This document shows, one piece after another, positions 59,952 through 64,000 of a stretch of DNA of 64,000 nucleotides (position 1 is the stretch's first letter; each line of letters opens with the position of its first letter). Source of the DNA: Candidatus Eiseniibacteriota bacterium (GTDB lineage Bacteria; Eisenbacteria; RBG-16-71-46; JABDJR01); the NCBI GenBank assembly GCA_963783375.1, contig CAWANH010000028.1:352001-416000 (forward strand). The letters are read 5' to 3'. Under the pieces are notes generated by a model that saw only the letters and a program-made list of their open reading frames with translations, ran no database searches and had not been told where the DNA came from. The position numbers were made by a program, and so were the translations under genes.

Positions 59952-62220
59952 CGCGTCGCCTCCTTCTCCGCCGCCTCCGCCGCGGTGAGCCCGGCCTCGC
60001 GCCAGGCGTGGAGCCGCTCCGGAGTGGCCGGGATGTCCGGGGCCACGATGCCGGTGGCGTTTTCCACCGCCTGGACGAAGGCGGGGGCGCCGCCGTCCAT
60101 GGGAAGCTCCCCCACCCCCTTGGCCCCCGAGGGGCCCCCTTCCCACGGCCGTTCCAGGAGCTCCACATCCATCCGCGGGGTGTCCTTGATGGTGGGGATG
60201 ATGTAGGTGGCGAGGCGGTCGTTCAGGTAGCGGCCGTTCTCGAGCTTCATCTCCTCGAGGTAGGCCCACCCGATGGCCTGGAGGGTGCCGCCCTCGATCT
60301 GCCCGCGGCAGAGCGCGGGATGCACCACCTTCCCCACCTCGGTCACCACCGTGGCGGTCACCGGTCTCACCTCCAGGGTGTCGGGATCCACCTCCACCTC
60401 GATCACGTCCGCCCCCCAGCCGTAGGTGGCGTAGGCCGTCCCCTGATAGGTCGTCTCGTCGAAGGTCTGCCAGGCCGGGGGCTCGTGGAGAATCGTGCGC
60501 TCCAGGTTCCCGTGGCCGGCGAACACGTCCTTGGCGCGGTCGCGAAAGCTCCCGAGGGCGCCGTCGCCCCCGATCACCCGGCCGCCCTCGATCCGCAGCC
60601 CCTCGCCGAGCTTGGCCAGCACGTCGTCCCGGAGCCCGGCCACCGCCCGGGCGATGGTTCCCCCCACCACCATGGTGGTCCGCGACGCCACCGTGGGCCC
60701 GGAGTCGGGCACCTTGCCGGTGTCGGCGTCGGGAAAGACCACGTCGTCGAGTTCGACCCCGGCGGCGTCGGCGGCGATCAGCGGGAGCACGGTCATCGCC
60801 CCCTGCCCCATGTCGGTCATGGCGGTCAGCACCTCGATCCGCCCGTCGGCGGTGAGCCGCACGGTGACCGGGGAGCGCATGCGGTGCTCCCCCTGGCCGG
60901 TGAACCCGGCCCCGTGGAAGTACAGGCTGAGGCCGATCCCGCGTAGCGGCTCGCCGTCGGTCCGGCGGGCCCGCGCCTCCTCCAGCTCCAGCCAGCGCCG
61001 TCGGAAGCCGGTCTTCGCTTCCACCCCCTCCAGGCACAACCGGCCCGAGGCGTCGTCCTTCAGCACCTGCCCGGTGGCCAGGCTGTCTCCGGGCCCGAGC
61101 ACGTTCCGCTCGCGGACGGTGTAGGGATCGATTCCCAGCGCGCGCCCGATCCGGTCCATGTGCCGCTCGGCGGCGAAGATCACCTGGGGGGCGCCGAAGC
61201 CCCGGAAGGCGGCGTTGGGGGCGGTGTTGGTGCGGAGCGCCCTCCCCCGGATACGAACGTGGGGACAGCGGTAGGCGCCGGTGGCGTGGAGCACCGCGCG
61301 CGACAGCACCACCGGCGACAGGGTCCGGTAGGCGCCCCCGTCCAGGTCCACCAGGACGTCCATGGCGTTCAGGCGGCCGTCCTTCATGACCCCGGTCTTG
61401 ATGCGAACCCGGCCGGGATGGCGCTTGGTGGTGGCCACGATGTCCTCGTGGCGATCGTAGACCAGCTTCACCGGGCGCCCGGCGGCCCGGGCCAGGAGCG
61501 CGGCGTGGATGGCGATGAGGCTCGGGTAGTCCTCTTTCCCTCCGAAGCCGCCGCCGATGGCCGCGGGGCGGACGTGGAGCTGGTTCTCGCCCAGATCGAA
61601 GACGTGCAGCAGCGCGTTGTGCACGTAGAACGGGCACTGCATCGATCCGATCATGATCCAGGGCGCCGTCCGGCTCGAACCAGGCCAGCATCCCCTGGGG
61701 CTCGATGTAGATGTGCTCCTGGTGGCCGGTCCGGTACTCCCCCTCCACGATCGCGTCGGACCCGGCCAGGCCGCGCTCCACGTCGCCGTGGTTCATGGCC
61801 GAGCTCGTTCAGGGGCTCGACCGCTTCGGCCTCCTCCCAGGTGAGGACCGGGGGGAGCGGCTCGTACTCGACTTCGATGGCCTGAAGCGCGAGGCGGGCG
61901 TCCAGGCGGGTGGGCGCGGCGACCAGGGCCACCGCCTCGCCCACGTGGCGGACGACATCCGAGGCCAGGACCGGCCAGGTGTCGTCGAGGAGCTGGACGC
62001 CGTTCGCCCCGGGAAGGTCGCGGGCGGTCACGCAGACCGAGCCTTCCGGCGCCCGGTCGGGGCGCCACTTCAGGCTCTTGATCCGTGCGTGCGGATGGGG
62101 GGAGCGCAGGGTCGCTCCAAAGACCATGCCGGGGACGGTGAGGTCGTCGGTGTACCGGGCGCCGCCGGTGACCTTGGCCAGGCCGTCCGGCCTTGGGGGG
62201 CTTTCGCCGATCTTGATCAT
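59948..62220 (-). CDS. Mo-hydroxylase molybdopterin-binding large subunit (frameshifts ~61800 and ~61655)
   Basis: KVTG.ARY, SPHPHARI, QEHIYIEP, GGGFGGKE, AFRGFG, DMGQG, TVASR, AKGVGE. Confidence 0.9.
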
Positions 62221-62570
62221 TCAGGCACTCCAACCCGCCCATTTCGGTACGGGGGATAAGAATACGGAATCGAGGGGCCGGGACGCCACTCCCAATGCCG
62301 GTGCGCCCCTCCGGAGCCGGAACGGCTCTGACGACGGCGCGGAGGCCGTTTCGAGGTCGCGATGCGCCGCCCGGCCCGCTCCGGGCTACCGTGGGAAGTC
62401 GATCGACAACCGTACCACTTCATCCGCGCCGGTTCAGGAAAATGGGGATATCCACGGGCGCGCAAGACGGGGGCGGGGAGGACCACCGCCTCGATCGCTG
62501 CCGGATCGGCGGTGCGACGGGGCCGCCCGGGTCCGGAGGTAATCCGGAGCCGAAAAAGCCATCGGGAGGG

Positions 62571-62605
62571 TTGACTCGGCCTGGTTATGGGCATATGCTT
62601 ATAAC
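62571..62605 (+). promoter_or_regulatory. Sigma70 promoter TTGACT-17-TATGCT overlapped by a 22-bp palindromic operator
   Basis: GTTATGGGCATATGCTTATAAC at 62584-62605 covers the -10 box. Confidence 0.75.
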
Positions 62606-62621
62606 CACGAAAGGAGAGGCG

Positions 62622-63206
62622 ATGCCCCGACCCCACAAGTGCCGGTTCGTCGGCCTCGATCCCACGGTCACCGTGTTCAAACCGCGCGGCGTGCCCTCGG
62701 GCGAGCTGACCGCGGTGGAACTCCCCCGGGACGAGCTGGAGGCGATTCGCCTCGCCGATCTCGAGGGCCTCTACCAGGATGAGGCGGCGGAGCGGATGGG
62801 CGTCTCCCGGGCCACCCTCGGCCGGCTGGTCCGTTCGGGCCGGGCCAAGGTGGCCGATGCCCTCGTGAACGGAAAGATGATCAGTTTCAAAGGTGGAGTG
62901 ATTGCCATGACGACAGAAAGACGTTTCGAATGCGAAGTCTGCGGGGAGGCCTTCGAGGTCCCCCAGGGAACGGGAAGGCCGGCGGCCTGCCCCGCCTGCG
63001 GATCCGGCCGCTTTCACCGAACCGACGACGCCCCCGGGCGGGGTGCGCGCGGCCCCGGTCGAGGCGGCATGGGAGCCTCCGGGGGGGAGGAGGAGGAGGG
63101 CGGCGGATCCAGGCCCGCCGCCGGCGTCGCGACGGCACCGGCCGAAAGACCCGGGTCGCCGCCGTGGAAAAGGAGAAACCGTGAGAATTGCCGTGGCCTC
63201 GGATGA
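62622..63206 (+). CDS. DUF134 HTH protein with C-terminal zinc ribbon
   Basis: MPRPHKCR, FKPRG, DELEAIRLADLEGL, MGVSRAT; CEVC..CPAC. Confidence 0.88.
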   Translation: MPRPHKCRFVGLDPTVTVFKPRGVPSGELTAVELPRDELEAIRLADLEGLYQDEAAERMGVSRATLGRLVRSGRAKVADALVNGKMISFKGGVIAMTTERRFECEVCGEAFEVPQGTGRPAACPACGSGRFHRTDDAPGRGARGPGRGGMGASGGEEEEGGGSRPAAGVATAPAERPGSPPWKRRNRENCRGLG

Positions 63207-63570
63207 CGAACGCGGAGTGGCCGGGCATCCCGGACGGGTGAGGGGATTCGTGATCCTGGCCCGCGAAGAAGGAGTCTTCCGCCGGGTCGAGTACCGGCTG
63301 AACCCCATGGCCCACCATCACGCGGAGCGGATGGCGGGGGGCGGGGACGATCACCACGGCCACCACGACCATGGGAGCCTGATCGGCGCCCTCGGCGACT
63401 GCGAGGCGCTGATCGTGGGGGGGATCGGCCCGCGGCTGGTCGACGACCTGAACGCCCACCGGATCGGGGTCTACGTGAGCGACGCGCTCACCGTCGAGGA
63501 GGCGGCGGGCCGGCTGGCCGCCGGGCGGATCCAGCCCTTGCGTTCAGGCGGTGCCTGCCACGAACATTGA
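63181..63570 (+). CDS. NifB/NifX-family Fe-Mo cofactor-binding protein
   Basis: RIAVASDD..GH.G, His-rich loop, CEALIVGGIG. Confidence 0.8.
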   Translation: MRIAVASDDERGVAGHPGRVRGFVILAREEGVFRRVEYRLNPMAHHHAERMAGGGDDHHGHHDHGSLIGALGDCEALIVGGIGPRLVDDLNAHRIGVYVSDALTVEEAAGRLAAGRIQPLRSGGACHEH

Positions 63571-63573
63571 ACC

Positions 63574-64000
63574 ATGACGCGGGACGTGGCCCCGAACACT
63601 TCGGGATTGTCCGACAGCGACGCCGAGGAACACCTCGCGGGGGAGACGATCGACTTTGCCCGGTCGTGTCACCCCGCCTGCTTCGCGTGCCGTGAGCCGG
63701 GCCGCGGGGGGCTGGGGCTCCGGTTCCGGACCCGGGCCGACGGCTCGGTGACCGCGCGGTTCCCGGACCCGTCGGGTTACCAGGGGTACCCGGAGCGCAT
63801 GCACGGCGGCATCGTGGCCATGCTGGTCGATGCCGCCATGACCCATTGCCTGTTCGCCCGCCGCGTCCAGGCGGTGACTGCCCGCCTGGACATCCGCTAC
63901 CGCCGCCCGGTGAGTACCGAGTGCCCCATCCGGGTGACCGCGCGGTTGCTTCGCCGGCGGAAGCGTCTCTACGTCCTCGTCGCGGAGATCATCCAGGAAG
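63574..64000 (+). CDS. PaaI-family thioesterase (runs off the window end)
   Basis: Manual translation: HPACFAC..GLGLRF..YQGYPERMHGGIVAMLVDAAM..TARLDIRYRRP. Confidence 0.8.
   Translation, partial: MTRDVAPNTSGLSDSDAEEHLAGETIDFARSCHPACFACREPGRGGLGLRFRTRADGSVTARFPDPSGYQGYPERMHGGIVAMLVDAAMTHCLFARRVQAVTARLDIRYRRPVSTECPIRVTARLLRRRKRLYVLVAEIIQE

Noticed and set aside
63204-63206. Sec readthrough at the DUF134 TGA
   Set aside because: No redox-motif context, and the next gene starts in another frame.

Overview
High-GC bacterial chromosomal window. Three secreted proteins end in a FlgD-Ig/T9SS-like sorting tail, which suggests an FCB-related lineage such as Eisenbacteria, Krumholzibacteriota or Latescibacterota (inference). 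Scattered single-base frameshifts look like long-read assembly errors. Contents from left to right: (1) a caa3 oxidase + Rieske + cytochrome b/c operon at 1-6.2 kb; (2) a ~13 kb block bounded by a 52-bp direct repeat of the 3' end of a YcjF/DUF697 gene, encoding an ECF sigma, a double-zinc-finger membrane anti-sigma, an exported TPR-CHAT caspase-like protease and large secreted proteins, with a shared TCACA-N15-CGAC promoter motif upstream of three of its transcription units; (3) GT87, pyk and DUF2064 genes; (4) a 1.1-kb palindrome-rich mosaic repeat array upstream of pcnB; (5) a dispersed selenium/molybdenum purine-catabolism-like gene set (xdhC, mocA, short ygfK, arcC, ygeW, pyrB-like, ssnA-like, two Mo-hydroxylases, two PLP enzymes); (6) a thioredoxin-fold selenolipoprotein (UGYC) that the ORF caller split in two; (7) a DUF134-NifX operon with a palindromic operator. 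No rRNA, tRNA, CRISPR array, integrase or transposase was recognised.
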